64,000 nucleotides of DNA from an uncultured virus (IMG/VR IMGVR_UViG_2721755777_000003) (IMGVR_UViG_2721755777_000003:62001-126000); one strand, 5' to 3'; shown: positions 27,657 through 38,926, counted from the stretch's first letter. The notes: a model not told the origin generated them from the sequence alone. Numbers and translations are program-made.

Positions 27657-28664
27657 ATGCCAAGAAAAGCTAAAGAAAAGGAAAAATTGATCTGTGCTGC
27701 TTGTCAAAAAGAAAAGGACAAAGAGTCAGGGTTCTATAATTCACGAAGCAGTCTGTATGAGAAGACTGGAAAAGTCCCTATTTGTAAGACTTGCTTGAAG
27801 AAAAACATTGATTACAACAATATTGAATCAATATATACAGTCTTACAACAGATTGATGTTAAATTTGATCCGTTGTATTGGGAACAAGCTGAAAAGAGAA
27901 AAACAGATACATTTAGCGCTTATATGACAATGGCTAATTCCTTGAAGCAATTTAACGGTACTGGTTATAAAGACAGTGTTTTTGAAAGACAACCAGAGAA
28001 TCCACTTATAGAGGAATCTACGCCTACAAACAATTCTGGTGTTAGCCAACCTGAAATTTCAGATGACCTGATTGATAAATGGGGAATTGGTTACACACCC
28101 GATGAGTACCGTCAGTTTGAAAGAAAATACAATAAACTCATTCGAAATTACGGCGAAAAAACCACACTTCATACTGAAGGCTTGCTTTCATATATTCGTT
28201 TTCGTGTAAAAGAGGAGCTAGCAACTGCTAAAGGTGATGTAAAAGAAGCTAAAGAATGGGGTTCATTAGCTTCAAAGGCAGCTACAGATGCAAAAATTAA
28301 TGTATCTCAGTTAAGTAAGAGCGATATCAGTGGTGGAGTCGATGTACTTTCTCAATTATTTGAAGCCGTTGAAACAGAATTGGGCATTATCCCCCTTCTC
28401 CCTCGTTTAGCAGCCCAACCATATGATGACGCTGATCTAATCATTTGGGCGATTATAAATTATTACAGAAGGCTCGAAGATAAGGAAAAAGTCGATTACA
28501 AAGACATTTACCACTTTTATGATGAAATGCTTGAAGAGGACTTCAAATCAAAAGGATTGTCGCCTGAAGAAATTGATAAACTAAAGAGTGCTCGCAACAA
28601 TGTTTTCAGAGACTTGGAGAATGTGTACAAAGAACCTCTTTATGACACAGGTGATGAAGATTAA
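27657..28664 (+). CDS. Zn-finger protein, probable terminase small subunit (yonG position)
   Basis: CAAC..CKTC; TAATG coupling to TerL. Confidence 0.55.
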   Translation: MPRKAKEKEKLICAACQKEKDKESGFYNSRSSLYEKTGKVPICKTCLKKNIDYNNIESIYTVLQQIDVKFDPLYWEQAEKRKTDTFSAYMTMANSLKQFNGTGYKDSVFERQPENPLIEESTPTNNSGVSQPEISDDLIDKWGIGYTPDEYRQFERKYNKLIRNYGEKTTLHTEGLLSYIRFRVKEELATAKGDVKEAKEWGSLASKAATDAKINVSQLSKSDISGGVDVLSQLFEAVETELGIIPLLPRLAAQPYDDADLIIWAIINYYRRLEDKEKVDYKDIYHFYDEMLEEDFKSKGLSPEEIDKLKSARNNVFRDLENVYKEPLYDTGDED

Positions 28665-30412
28665 TGGCTAGTTATAAAAACTTCACCTCGAAAAACAAGA
28701 AGCACACAAAAGACAGAACAGATATTTACGACGCAGCTTTTGAAACCCCTCTGAATCCCGATGACAATTCAAACCTCATTGGCAAGAATATCTCCAAGTG
28801 GGCTGAGTTCACCTCATTTATTCGTTTTTATCCAGACATTTTTTACGATATGTTGAAACCCGAAGTCGGCGGAATTGAGCTGGATTTATACCAAAGAGTT
28901 ATGATGAGAACACTCAGTCGCTTCCCACAGAACTACTTCTGTATTCCACGTGGCGGATCAAAAACGCTTACCCAGATCATGGTTGCTTACCATACAGCTA
29001 TTTGCTTCCCTAATGTAACATTAGCCATTACCGCTTCCACAAAGGAATCGGCGGTAAAAATATGGAAAGAAAAGCACGAGGAAATTTTAAGGTTTTACCC
29101 TTCCATTAAAGATGAAATCAAGAGTGAAAACTTTTCAAAAGACAGTGGGCGAGTTGAATTTCAAAACGGGGCGATCATCGATAACCTGGCAAACGCCCAA
29201 TCCTCTAAGGGTTTACGTAGAAGACGTGGCTCCTTAGAGGAATCTGCCTTGATTGATAAAGATTTATACGATGATGCTATCGAGCCGATTTTTAATATCC
29301 CTCGTACAACCATGACTGGCGAAATTGATCCCGCTGAATTAAATGGTCAGATTAACCGATTCTCTACATCTGGATACAAAAACTCAGATGAGTACGAAAA
29401 AATCCTTACGATGGTTAAGGAAACTGGTGATCTTAAAGGATCCTTTGTATTCGGATCAGATTGGCGCATTCCTATTCACTTTGGCCGTCAAAAAATGTCT
29501 GTTATTAATAAAGCACGACAAGGGAATGTAACTCGATTCCGTCAGAACTATCTTTGTGATTGGATTGGCGCAAGTGACGGTGCTTTAATTAATATCAGTA
29601 AATTGATCAAAGCTAGGACAATTACCCACCCCGAACTTTCTTGTCCTAGAGATAAAAATAAGAACTTCTTGCTACATGAATATGTAATCGGGGTTGACGT
29701 AGCCCGCTCTGCAGCTGAATCAAACAATAAAACAGCTATCGTCGTTTTGAAGATTATCAGAAACAGCAACAACCTCATTAGACAAGTTCAAGTAGTCAAT
29801 ATCATAGAGCCGCCAAACGGATTGAGTTTTAAAGAACAATCAATCATGGTAAAAAGAGTTTTCAAAAACTATGGAGGAAATCAAGATACTTCCCTCTCGA
29901 GAGTTAAAGCTGTTATTGTCGATGGAAACGGAGTCGGTGGCGGTTTAATCGACCGGTTATTAGAGGATGTTACGGATCCGGAGACCAATGAAGAACTTGG
30001 ATGCTGGGCTACAATAAACACTGATCAAAAGCCGGATGTCCCAAATTCTCCAGAAATCGTTTACAACCTTAAATCCCAAGGTATTAACCAAGACATTATT
30101 ACTCAATTCCTGGATTATGTTGAGTCCGGAAAATTGAAGTTGCTAAAGTCCTATGATGACATCAAGAACCAAAAAAGCATATCTGATGATGTAATGATTG
30201 AAGCAGCATGTATTCAAACTCAATTGTTCATTGACGAAGTTGCAAACCTCAGAATTAAAAAGACACAGAATTCTTTCACTGTTGAGCAAGTTGTAAAAAG
30301 AATTGATAAGGATAGGTACAGTGCTATTGCTTATGCGCTGTATTACATAGCTTTATTTTTAGAAAAGGAAGAATCCGATGATGAATATTCATTTGGATTC
30401 TTTTTTAATTAG
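28664..30412 (+). CDS. Terminase large subunit (yonF position)
   Basis: PRGGSKT Walker A, GSLEE, GVDVARS and KDRYSA nuclease motifs. Confidence 0.9.
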   Translation: MASYKNFTSKNKKHTKDRTDIYDAAFETPLNPDDNSNLIGKNISKWAEFTSFIRFYPDIFYDMLKPEVGGIELDLYQRVMMRTLSRFPQNYFCIPRGGSKTLTQIMVAYHTAICFPNVTLAITASTKESAVKIWKEKHEEILRFYPSIKDEIKSENFSKDSGRVEFQNGAIIDNLANAQSSKGLRRRRGSLEESALIDKDLYDDAIEPIFNIPRTTMTGEIDPAELNGQINRFSTSGYKNSDEYEKILTMVKETGDLKGSFVFGSDWRIPIHFGRQKMSVINKARQGNVTRFRQNYLCDWIGASDGALINISKLIKARTITHPELSCPRDKNKNFLLHEYVIGVDVARSAAESNNKTAIVVLKIIRNSNNLIRQVQVVNIIEPPNGLSFKEQSIMVKRVFKNYGGNQDTSLSRVKAVIVDGNGVGGGLIDRLLEDVTDPETNEELGCWATINTDQKPDVPNSPEIVYNLKSQGINQDIITQFLDYVESGKLKLLKSYDDIKNQKSISDDVMIEAACIQTQLFIDEVANLRIKKTQNSFTVEQVVKRIDKDRYSAIAYALYYIALFLEKEESDDEYSFGFFFN

Positions 30413-30430
30413 AAATTGAGGAGGTGAATA

Positions 30431-31972
30431 ATGACTACATCTGAACCACAGTCATCATATGAATTTAATACAAATTTAGCGCCGCTTGATTCGTTGTTCT
30501 TTAATGATTTATTTAACGGCATTTCTTACGACAAAGTTAAATCATGGCTGAAAGACCACAACGTTTACAATAAACAGATTAGGGATGCCTCTAAATTGCT
30601 TTATAACGCAAATGGTGTGTATAGAAACGTTATTGACTACATGGTAGCCCTCCCTACTTTAGACAGAGTTATTTTGGGATCAAGTAAAGTAGCTGATTTC
30701 AAATTGAACAAACAAAAGTTCAATCTGGCTTTAAGGAAAATCAGCGACAAAAGTGTTGTCAGGGATGCATTAGGGAAACTCAGCAAATATGGAACTGGTT
30801 TTTATTATTTTGATTCTGTAGCCAATGATTCTTTTCCCGCCACTCTAAGTGACAATGAGATCGGATCAATAACAGAATCAAATGCTATTGATGACTTTAA
30901 TTGTTCCGTCCTCCCCCTTCCCCTCGATTATTGCAAAATTATCGGCAGGAAAAATTCCTCTTATCAGTTAGCCTTTGATGTCTCCTATTTTGACAAGTTC
31001 ACAAGTAACGGAAGATCATTAAAGCTTAGACGCTGGCCAGAAGAAATCAGACAAGGCTATAGAGCTTATAAGAAAGATCAAAATCGAAAATGGCTAGTTC
31101 TTGATAACAATAAGACCATTGCTGTTAAAGGAAGTAGCGACATTGAAGATCAATGGGGACGCCCAATCGGTTTATCTGCATTTATTGATATGGTTTATGA
31201 TGAATACTTTGTTGACACTAAACGGAACATTTTAGATGAACTTAACAGTACTTTAATCTACCAGACCTTCCCTGAAGGCGATCAAAAAGGGAAATCAGCT
31301 TTATCTCAAAAGCAACAGGAACAGCAGCATGAGAATATAAAAAAAGCGTTAGTTGCTAAAGGAAGCGTTAAAGGTGTTAAGTTCTTTTCTTTGGCCTCTG
31401 GAACAAAATTAGACAAGTTGGAAACTAATGTAGATTTCTTGAAGGTTAAAGGTGAAGACGAGCTCATTAAACGAATCACTACAAATTTAGGATTTGCAGG
31501 ATCTGCTCTCAATGGTCAAGACGGTAACTACTCTTCTCAACAAACCAATATCGAGATGGTTTCTTCCCAAATATTCTCCTGGTTAGAACAAATTCAAAGT
31601 GAGTTTAACAAGGTGATAAATGCCAATATCATCAAAGATCCTCGCTCTTATATTGAGGTTTACTACCTCCCTCTTACCCACGTTAACAGGAAAGAAAAAG
31701 TCCAAAACATGAAAGACCTTTATACAAGTGGTCGAGGCAGCCTCATTGCTTGGATAGCCGCTACTGGATGGAATCCTGATGCTTACTTATCCCTAATGGA
31801 ATATGAAAAAGACGAAGGTTTTGATGAAAAATTCCCTGTTCATGCGACCTCTTTCACAATGAGTAAGAATAACGATAAGTCAGCTGGCGCGCCTGAGATC
31901 GATAATCCCAAAAATGAAAACACGATTAAATCGAAGACAAATAACAGTAACGGAACGCCTTCTGGCTCTTGA
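30431..31972 (+). CDS. Portal protein (yonE position)
   Basis: 513 aa directly after TerL. Confidence 0.75.
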   Translation: MTTSEPQSSYEFNTNLAPLDSLFFNDLFNGISYDKVKSWLKDHNVYNKQIRDASKLLYNANGVYRNVIDYMVALPTLDRVILGSSKVADFKLNKQKFNLALRKISDKSVVRDALGKLSKYGTGFYYFDSVANDSFPATLSDNEIGSITESNAIDDFNCSVLPLPLDYCKIIGRKNSSYQLAFDVSYFDKFTSNGRSLKLRRWPEEIRQGYRAYKKDQNRKWLVLDNNKTIAVKGSSDIEDQWGRPIGLSAFIDMVYDEYFVDTKRNILDELNSTLIYQTFPEGDQKGKSALSQKQQEQQHENIKKALVAKGSVKGVKFFSLASGTKLDKLETNVDFLKVKGEDELIKRITTNLGFAGSALNGQDGNYSSQQTNIEMVSSQIFSWLEQIQSEFNKVINANIIKDPRSYIEVYYLPLTHVNRKEKVQNMKDLYTSGRGSLIAWIAATGWNPDAYLSLMEYEKDEGFDEKFPVHATSFTMSKNNDKSAGAPEIDNPKNENTIKSKTNNSNGTPSGS

Positions 31973-31989
31973 GAGGAGGTGATTAATAT

Positions 31990-33144
31990 TTGAAAAGCAC
32001 GATTTTAGAAATTAATAATCAGAAAAAAACCAGTGGTCAAACATACATCAAGTGGGTCGTTCTTGAAATTCATGAAAACAATACTCAGTTTAACAAGAAC
32101 GGTATTACCTGGCTGGAGAAATACATAAACGCTAACCTTGAATCAATCAAGTTAATGCCAATTTGCGCAGAGTTCTTGGATGATGAAAACAGTGAGCCAT
32201 TCGGACACGGTTTAACAGAAGTCAAGGACGGCACCCCTCTCTTTGAAAACAGCGCAGTGGTTGGTACTACTACCAATGCTTACATTGACACTATAGATGT
32301 TAATGGTGAGCCAAAAAGAGTATTAATAGCCGAAGGTTTTCTATACAACCAGCGCTACCCTAAATTTGTCCAATGGTTAAAATCAAAAATGTTTGATGGT
32401 GATTTCCCTGAGACCTCGGTTGAAATAGCAGCTGTAGAAGGCTCAGATGCAATTGAATATGAAGGTGGATGGAAAGAGCAAGGGCGTATACCTATGAAGT
32501 TTGACTTTACAGGTGATGCAATTTTAGGTATCGATCCTGCAGATGACGCTGCCATTTTACTTGAATTAAACAGTAACAAAAAGGAGGATAATTTAATGTC
32601 AAAATCTCAAGAAGAAGTAGTCCTTGAGTTAAACAACAAACTTGATAATAAGAATAAAGAAATTGGAGAGTTAAATCAAAAAGTTGAGAAACTTACTGAG
32701 GACTTAAAGCAAAAAACTGAAGAACTGAATGCCGCTGTTAAAGCTGCAAAGGATGAAAAAGCTAAGGCTGACGCAAAAGAAAAAGAAGCGCAAAAAGCTA
32801 AGGATGAAAAAGCCAAGGCAGATGAAGAGCTTAATTCCCTAAAGGAATTCAAAAACAAGGCGGTAGCCGAAAAGATGCAAGGAGAGCTTAACCAAGCTTT
32901 AAAGGAATATTCTCCTGAAGAAAAGGATGTCGCAAAAGAGAAAATTGAAATGTTCTCTAAGTCCCCTTCTGTCGAGCTTAAAAACGAAATTATTTCTGAA
33001 ATCAACTCAGCAATCGCTCGAACCTTCATAGCTGCACGCTCAAAGAAGCAAGCCTCTGAGACTAATAGCACAAATTTCGATATTTATTCAGAAGTTCGTG
33101 ATTCTGGGCAACAAAGTTCAGTGACTATTGATGATCTTTATTAA
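31990..33144 (+). CDS. Prohead protease/scaffold
   Basis: PFGHG and TSVEI protease-like motifs; long C-terminal coiled coil. Confidence 0.7.
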   Translation: MKSTILEINNQKKTSGQTYIKWVVLEIHENNTQFNKNGITWLEKYINANLESIKLMPICAEFLDDENSEPFGHGLTEVKDGTPLFENSAVVGTTTNAYIDTIDVNGEPKRVLIAEGFLYNQRYPKFVQWLKSKMFDGDFPETSVEIAAVEGSDAIEYEGGWKEQGRIPMKFDFTGDAILGIDPADDAAILLELNSNKKEDNLMSKSQEEVVLELNNKLDNKNKEIGELNQKVEKLTEDLKQKTEELNAAVKAAKDEKAKADAKEKEAQKAKDEKAKADEELNSLKEFKNKAVAEKMQGELNQALKEYSPEEKDVAKEKIEMFSKSPSVELKNEIISEINSAIARTFIAARSKKQASETNSTNFDIYSEVRDSGQQSSVTIDDLY

Positions 33145-33184
33145 GATAAAATAACACTTTTATAAAATTTAGGAGGAATACTCA

Positions 33185-33649
33185 ATGTTCAAATTCGGAA
33201 CAATTGGTGCTTATAAACAAGTACGAAATAATCCACGCTGCAAGGCTAGTGTCGATTTAGTCCCTGGTCTAGTCGTAATCCCTAACGATTCTTCTGGTAA
33301 CGCATTCCCTCCAGGCGCATCTTCTACTGCAAAAGGTGATGTATATGTGGTTGGAAACATTATTGATAAACCTGAAATTCGCAATAAAGAAGACTTCAAA
33401 GTCCTAAAAGGTGAATATGTCCTTGCATTTAATTTAGCAGACTTAAAAGGACTGCCAATTGAACTCAGCTCAGACGTGGTAGTTGATTATGATGCGCTTG
33501 TTAAAGATGACGTATTGGTTCCTGCTGCGGACAAAACAGGTAAATGGGTTAAAGCTGGCGATGACATTGCGGAGTTTAAAGTATCTCTAAAAGTCTTAGA
33601 GAAAAATACATTTGGCGGAAAAGGTTTGCGCCTAACAGTACAGGCTTAA
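33185..33649 (+). CDS. Head decoration/minor capsid protein
   Basis: Position between scaffold and major capsid gene. Confidence 0.5.
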   Translation: MFKFGTIGAYKQVRNNPRCKASVDLVPGLVVIPNDSSGNAFPPGASSTAKGDVYVVGNIIDKPEIRNKEDFKVLKGEYVLAFNLADLKGLPIELSSDVVVDYDALVKDDVLVPAADKTGKWVKAGDDIAEFKVSLKVLEKNTFGGKGLRLTVQA

Positions 33650-33673
33650 TTAATATTCTGGAGGTAATTATTA

Positions 33674-34780
33674 ATGTTTACAGTTGAATTAAACAATGTT
33701 CAAAAAGACTCAAACCATTATGCAAATGCTAAATTGAATGCTAAGTCCCCTATTGTAGAAATCTTTTCTGCAGCTGCAACGGGTCAAGATCTTTCCAAGT
33801 TTGGAGCAAAAGCCAATGCTGCTATGACCCATGTGAAGGAACTAGCTTCCAAAGCTCTTATGGGCAACCCTGTAGCTAAAGCCGAGATCAACACAATTGT
33901 GCGTTATGCCATTGAGCCTAAGCTTATTTCAGCAATTAAGCTATTTGATTTTATGGGCACATTTAGAACTATTGGCTATGATCAGCAACCAATGATGACA
34001 ACATACGCGCATGAATCCATCCGAAGCCAATTCCAAGCTTCCCGCGGTGACGTACCGTTCGCTACTACAACTTGGAGCGAATATCCAATTGGAACTCATA
34101 CCATTTCTTCTGGCTATGCTGTTAACTATCGTGAGATTCAAAGTGGAAACCTCGATAAAGTAGCAGAAGGCATGGAGCAAGTTCAAACAGATATGATGAA
34201 CAAAGCAATGTACTATGTTGTAAATGAAATGTTCAATGCAATTAAAAATGCAACAGGCGTTAAATACTTTGCTGAAACTGAAGGTATCACCAAATCATCT
34301 GTAGACGATATTATCACAAAGATTCGCCGATTTGGACAACCTTCTATTGTTGGTGACTTTTCTGTTGTTTCTCAGTTAAATGACTTTGTAGGGTTTCAGG
34401 CTGTAGCCGGAGATGCTTCAAGCACTAAGCTCCCTCAGTCTGTTATGGATGAAATCCGAAGAACAGGATTGCTTAACACTTATAAAGGTTCTTCTGTTGT
34501 AGAATTACCTAATGCTTATAATCTTACTGAATTAAATAAAGCCGGCGACAACTTCAAAACATATCTTCCTGAAGGACTTCTCTTCTTCATTCCTCAAGGT
34601 AAAAAGTCTCCTCTTCAAGTTTTCCAAAAAGGCGGACTCACATCAATGAATGGTAACGACATTATCACTGGAACTGAGATCACTCGTTTTGATATGGAAA
34701 TTGGAGCTGGTGTAGCAAAAGGACAAGAACATCAAATTGGTCTCATCAGAGACACAAAATATGAATTACCACAAATTTAA
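33674..34780 (+). CDS. Major capsid protein
   Basis: 368 aa, position, strong RBS, terminator immediately after (34795-34820). Confidence 0.75.
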   Translation: MFTVELNNVQKDSNHYANAKLNAKSPIVEIFSAAATGQDLSKFGAKANAAMTHVKELASKALMGNPVAKAEINTIVRYAIEPKLISAIKLFDFMGTFRTIGYDQQPMMTTYAHESIRSQFQASRGDVPFATTTWSEYPIGTHTISSGYAVNYREIQSGNLDKVAEGMEQVQTDMMNKAMYYVVNEMFNAIKNATGVKYFAETEGITKSSVDDIITKIRRFGQPSIVGDFSVVSQLNDFVGFQAVAGDASSTKLPQSVMDEIRRTGLLNTYKGSSVVELPNAYNLTELNKAGDNFKTYLPEGLLFFIPQGKKSPLQVFQKGGLTSMNGNDIITGTEITRFDMEIGAGVAKGQEHQIGLIRDTKYELPQI

Positions 34781-34834
34781 ACAATTTAAAATCTAGGAGG
34801 GCTGTGTCCCTCCTTTTATTTTTGGAGGGATTAC

Positions 34835-35308
34835 ATGTCTTTTAATTTAGATAAAAAGATCACAATTAAAAACCTATGTCCATGGGATTTATATTTCCGA
34901 AAGATTGACACTCACGGAGACTTCAGATTACCGGCCAATGGAATTAGACAGATTACAGCTGGGGAAGTGCAATCCCAAGTCTATGACAATACCTCACTAT
35001 TCACTGGAACTGACGGTCAAGGTACTCATGCCAAAATCTATATTGATGACAAAGAAACCCGTGTGCACTTAGGCTTTGAGACTGAAGATAAAGATGACAA
35101 GCAAGAAATTGTTACTGTAGAACGAATTAAACAAATCTTGGGGTATAAAACACAAAAAGCCTTCGAAGAAAATGTTCAAAAGGAAATCTTACTTGAGTCT
35201 GAGAAAGCTCAGCTGTTTGAGGTAGCTAAAAAAGAAAAGATCAATGATTACGCTAAGATTAAGTTCATAGAAGAATACACTGGATTTAAATTTGATACTC
35301 AATCATAA
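34835..35308 (+). CDS. Virion morphogenesis protein (yonA position)
   Basis: Synteny only. Confidence 0.55.
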   Translation: MSFNLDKKITIKNLCPWDLYFRKIDTHGDFRLPANGIRQITAGEVQSQVYDNTSLFTGTDGQGTHAKIYIDDKETRVHLGFETEDKDDKQEIVTVERIKQILGYKTQKAFEENVQKEILLESEKAQLFEVAKKEKINDYAKIKFIEEYTGFKFDTQS

Positions 35309-35320
35309 GGGGGTTAAATT

Positions 35321-35707
35321 TTGACTCCTTATGAAAAAGTAATTAACGTTTTCCACTCAATGTTTCAATCTAATGAAATTCTCCCCGATGGACTTGAGCA
35401 GCAATTTTTCACTAACGCCGTGGGTGAATATGAAACTGAACTAACGGAACTTGGCTTTGATGAAGAGTCCAATACATTTAAAGATCCCCTTACATCTCCT
35501 CAAATTCAGATTTTAGGAATGCTCATGTATAAAGGCTATCTTGGAAGATACCGTGACAGAGCCTTAAAATTAAATAACGTTGTGGGTCGAGATATTCAAT
35601 TGACGGGGTTAGCAAACACAAAAGCTCAAGTTAACAGGGCATACGAAGACCTAATCGATGATATCGAAAAAAAGTTGAGCAAATTAAAAATGAATAACTT
35701 TGATTGA
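35321..35707 (+). CDS. Head-tail connector-like protein
   Basis: Synteny; MTPYEKV start. Confidence 0.55.
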   Translation: MTPYEKVINVFHSMFQSNEILPDGLEQQFFTNAVGEYETELTELGFDEESNTFKDPLTSPQIQILGMLMYKGYLGRYRDRALKLNNVVGRDIQLTGLANTKAQVNRAYEDLIDDIEKKLSKLKMNNFD

Positions 35708-35716
35708 GGTGATTAG

Positions 35717-36382
35717 ATGTCTATAGATTGGTATCTAACCTCTTCTTCAAATTATTTGAGTGGCTGGGAAAACGAAGAGTTTAATTCAAACAAATATGAA
35801 ATTTTCAAAGAAATCTTAGCAAATTCACCTGAAACTTACGACATTGAATTGAATGGTAAGCCAGAACAGGTGATAATTCAAACCACTCAGGACAGCGAAA
35901 CAAAAAAAGTCCTTACAGTTTTAGGCTTATTAAATCGTGGAGACTTGATTTTGTATGACGGTAGTTACTGGTTAGTTAATTCGCGCCCCACTGATAACAA
36001 AATGAATGACAGTGCTACTATGCGGCTTTGCAATTCATCAATCAGTCTTACATCTTCTGACAAACTTATTGATTCTGGAAAGATTGATGAAGTTACAGGG
36101 AGACCGATAAAGATTAAAGTACCCGGTGAGAAGGTTGACATCCCGTGTGTTTTAGAACGGACAACCTCAACAATTGGATCAGAATTGGCCATAAACATTC
36201 CTGAAGGACAAGCACATGTCACCATCCCCTTTTTAAAACATGAAAAGTTAAAGAAGGGTCTTTTTCTTTCTTTTTATGGCGAGGAATTCCGTGTTGATGA
36301 TATAGACTACTCCAAAGTCTATGGAGACCATGGAACAATTAGACTTATAGCCAAAAAGAAAGTTGGAGGTGATAGCGATTGA
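35717..36382 (+). CDS. Head closure/adaptor-like protein (yomX position)
   Basis: Synteny. Confidence 0.55.
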   Translation: MSIDWYLTSSSNYLSGWENEEFNSNKYEIFKEILANSPETYDIELNGKPEQVIIQTTQDSETKKVLTVLGLLNRGDLILYDGSYWLVNSRPTDNKMNDSATMRLCNSSISLTSSDKLIDSGKIDEVTGRPIKIKVPGEKVDIPCVLERTTSTIGSELAINIPEGQAHVTIPFLKHEKLKKGLFLSFYGEEFRVDDIDYSKVYGDHGTIRLIAKKKVGGDSD

Positions 36383-36885
36383 GTATGATGGTTGAACATA
36401 TGACAACTGTATTTAGAACTATTATGAATGATACAGAATTGAATCGTCTTTTATATTATAAAGATGACCCTCTCTCCTCTTCTCTCCCTGACGTTCAAAT
36501 GTTGGAAAATTATTATGATCCAGTTGATGATGCTCCATCAATATTAAGCTCCATAATTAAGCGTGCTCCCAAAACTGATGATTTAACCGATCAACCAATT
36601 TGCAGGCTGTGTGTTTATCTTGGCAATGGAATTCCTAAACCCTCTACCCAAAGTGTGATGCTGCTAGATCAAGACTTGATGATTGATGTTTATACACACA
36701 TTAACACCTATGAAGAGACTGAATTCAGGAACCTGAAAATTACTGATCGTATTTGTGACATGCTTTTCAATCAAAATTTTGCTGGTATCGGTAAAAATGT
36801 TAAATATACAAGGTTGCTCATATCAAATGCACCTGAAGGGTACTTGGGATACAAATTAATATTCACTTTCGGAGCTATGAAATGA
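36379..36885 (+). CDS. yomW: YomW-like tail completion protein
   Basis: 168 aa; synteny. Confidence 0.55.
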   Translation: MSMMVEHMTTVFRTIMNDTELNRLLYYKDDPLSSSLPDVQMLENYYDPVDDAPSILSSIIKRAPKTDDLTDQPICRLCVYLGNGIPKPSTQSVMLLDQDLMIDVYTHINTYEETEFRNLKITDRICDMLFNQNFAGIGKNVKYTRLLISNAPEGYLGYKLIFTFGAMK

Positions 36886-37607
36886 TTGATATGGAGTTTT
36901 TCATTACTGGAGAACCTATCTCTACAGAACTTGGTGAATGCAGATTCATTAAAGTTAAAGAGTACGGTCAGTTAGCCAATTATTTAAGGCTAATCAAAAT
37001 GTCCAAAAAAGAGATCATTTATGTTTATAGCAAAGAAGATGTTAATCGTTTTGGGGAACTTGATGAGCTTGTTGCTGAATTGAAAAAAATGACTCTTTAT
37101 GAAATTTCGGACACCCTTCCTAATTTTCAAGAAGCCTATAGCACAGTGTTTTCTAAAATGTTCAATGGAGAAGAAATACTGGATAAGCTTACTCCAGACA
37201 ACTTCGATTCCATTAGAGAACTTGTATTAAAAATGTGTTGTTTGAAGGAAGAAAAAATAAGCTCCAATCCTGAGATTCAAAAAGCTAATGAGCGAAGCAA
37301 AAGAGTTAAGAGTCAAGATGTGGATCCAGTTGATATGGCAGATATCATTAGCACAGTATCAACTTATACAGGCTATCTTTATAAAGACATTAATGACATG
37401 ACCCTGTTTCAACTTTATATGACTTATCACCGGATTGCTCAATTCAAGCAATATGACACTTCTACCCTCTTTGCCACAGTTTCACCAGAAGCAGGTAAAA
37501 ACATTGTGAACTGGGATAAACACATTGACTTATTTGAGGAAGAGAAACATTACATAAGCCGAGATAAATTTATGAAAGAGACCAAAGGTTTTTCTAAGGG
37601 CAGCTAA
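36882..37607 (+). CDS. yomV: YomV-like protein
   Basis: Synteny and size. Confidence 0.55.
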   Translation: MIDMEFFITGEPISTELGECRFIKVKEYGQLANYLRLIKMSKKEIIYVYSKEDVNRFGELDELVAELKKMTLYEISDTLPNFQEAYSTVFSKMFNGEEILDKLTPDNFDSIRELVLKMCCLKEEKISSNPEIQKANERSKRVKSQDVDPVDMADIISTVSTYTGYLYKDINDMTLFQLYMTYHRIAQFKQYDTSTLFATVSPEAGKNIVNWDKHIDLFEEEKHYISRDKFMKETKGFSKGS

Positions 37608-37646
37608 AAGCTGTTCCTTTTTTTATTTTAAGGAGGAAATCTATAG

Positions 37647-38438
37647 ATGAAAACAGTTATTCAAGATACAGCTGATGTTTATTTCAGAAGAAAATCTGAT
37701 GGTCAGCTTGTATTCACAGCAGAAGCACAAACAGCTTCATTCTCCCAAGCCATCTCCGAAGAAAAACTTCGTGGTGGTATCGGAAATAAACCGCTTTATA
37801 TCTTGAAGTCTGAAAAAGAAATCAATCTTACTGTCAAGAATGCATATTTCGACTTAGAGTGGTTAGCAATGACACAAGGTGAAACAATTGAGGAAGAAGC
37901 AAAAGTTCAGGTTTTCGACCGTGAACATGGTCTAATTGTTGATGACAAAAATGCGGTTACACTTAAAGGTAAACCGGTAAGTGATGTAACCTTCTTCAAC
38001 AAAAAAGGATTGACTTATAAGACGCCTGTATCTACAGATGGCACGTATTTAATCCCTACAGGATTTGCTGGTACAAAAGAGAAATTAACAGCTGTATATC
38101 AGATTAACAAAATCGGCAGACGGCTCGCTATTAAAGCAAGTAAATTCTCTGAGCGATATGAAGTTGAGTACCGTACAATTGCGTATAACCCTGATACCGA
38201 AGAGGTCTATAGCGATATCTACATTCAATTCCCTAACGTATCCCCTTCAGGTGAGTTTGAAATGTCCCTCGAAAACGGTAATGCATTAGCTCCAGAAATT
38301 AAATTTGAAGCACTAGCCGACACTGACACAGACGAGATGGCCGTTGTTATTGAAGCGAGCAGAGATGATAATGTAGCCACTCCAGATCCTGACCCTGATA
38401 CAGAAACTCAAACTAAATCCGTAGACGTTGGCAATTAA
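37647..38438 (+). CDS. yomU: Major tail tube protein (YomU-like)
   Basis: MKTVIQDTADVYF start; strong RBS; synteny. Confidence 0.7.
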   Translation: MKTVIQDTADVYFRRKSDGQLVFTAEAQTASFSQAISEEKLRGGIGNKPLYILKSEKEINLTVKNAYFDLEWLAMTQGETIEEEAKVQVFDREHGLIVDDKNAVTLKGKPVSDVTFFNKKGLTYKTPVSTDGTYLIPTGFAGTKEKLTAVYQINKIGRRLAIKASKFSERYEVEYRTIAYNPDTEEVYSDIYIQFPNVSPSGEFEMSLENGNALAPEIKFEALADTDTDEMAVVIEASRDDNVATPDPDPDTETQTKSVDVGN

Positions 38439-38458
38439 TTTTACAGGAGTGATTTTTA

Positions 38459-38926
38459 ATGGCAGCAAAACTTAATGATTTCGATGGTATAAAATCTTCA
38501 GCTAGAGATGATGGAAACGGTGGTTTAGTAACTGACATTCATCTCAAATCACAAGAAAAGCCTCTACAAGTTGACTTCCCTCAAGCTGGTTTAGATGCTA
38601 TCAAAGGCATCCAAGTACAATCCCCTTCCGTGACCTTGAATGAAAGAGATCCTGGTTTCTCCTCTTTTAAAACGGATAAATTCACTGTTACTTCAACAGC
38701 CCAAAAAGTTACCGCAGGTATCACTGACAGAACAGCGCTTACTATTTATCCTCCCGCAGAAGGCACGGTTTACATTGGGAACTCAACTGTAACTGCTGAT
38801 ACGGGTATCCCATTGACTGCCGGTGACAAACCTTTTTCAGTTCCTGTCGCCGCGGGTAAAACACTTTATGTCTATGTGATTAATGACGGTACTGACAGAG
38901 ATGTAAGAGTATTTGAAGCTAAATAA
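38459..38926 (+). CDS. Virion accessory protein, beta-rich C-terminus
   Basis: Follows tail tube gene; terminator 38929-38955. Confidence 0.6.
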   Translation: MAAKLNDFDGIKSSARDDGNGGLVTDIHLKSQEKPLQVDFPQAGLDAIKGIQVQSPSVTLNERDPGFSSFKTDKFTVTSTAQKVTAGITDRTALTIYPPAEGTVYIGNSTVTADTGIPLTAGDKPFSVPVAAGKTLYVYVINDGTDRDVRVFEAK

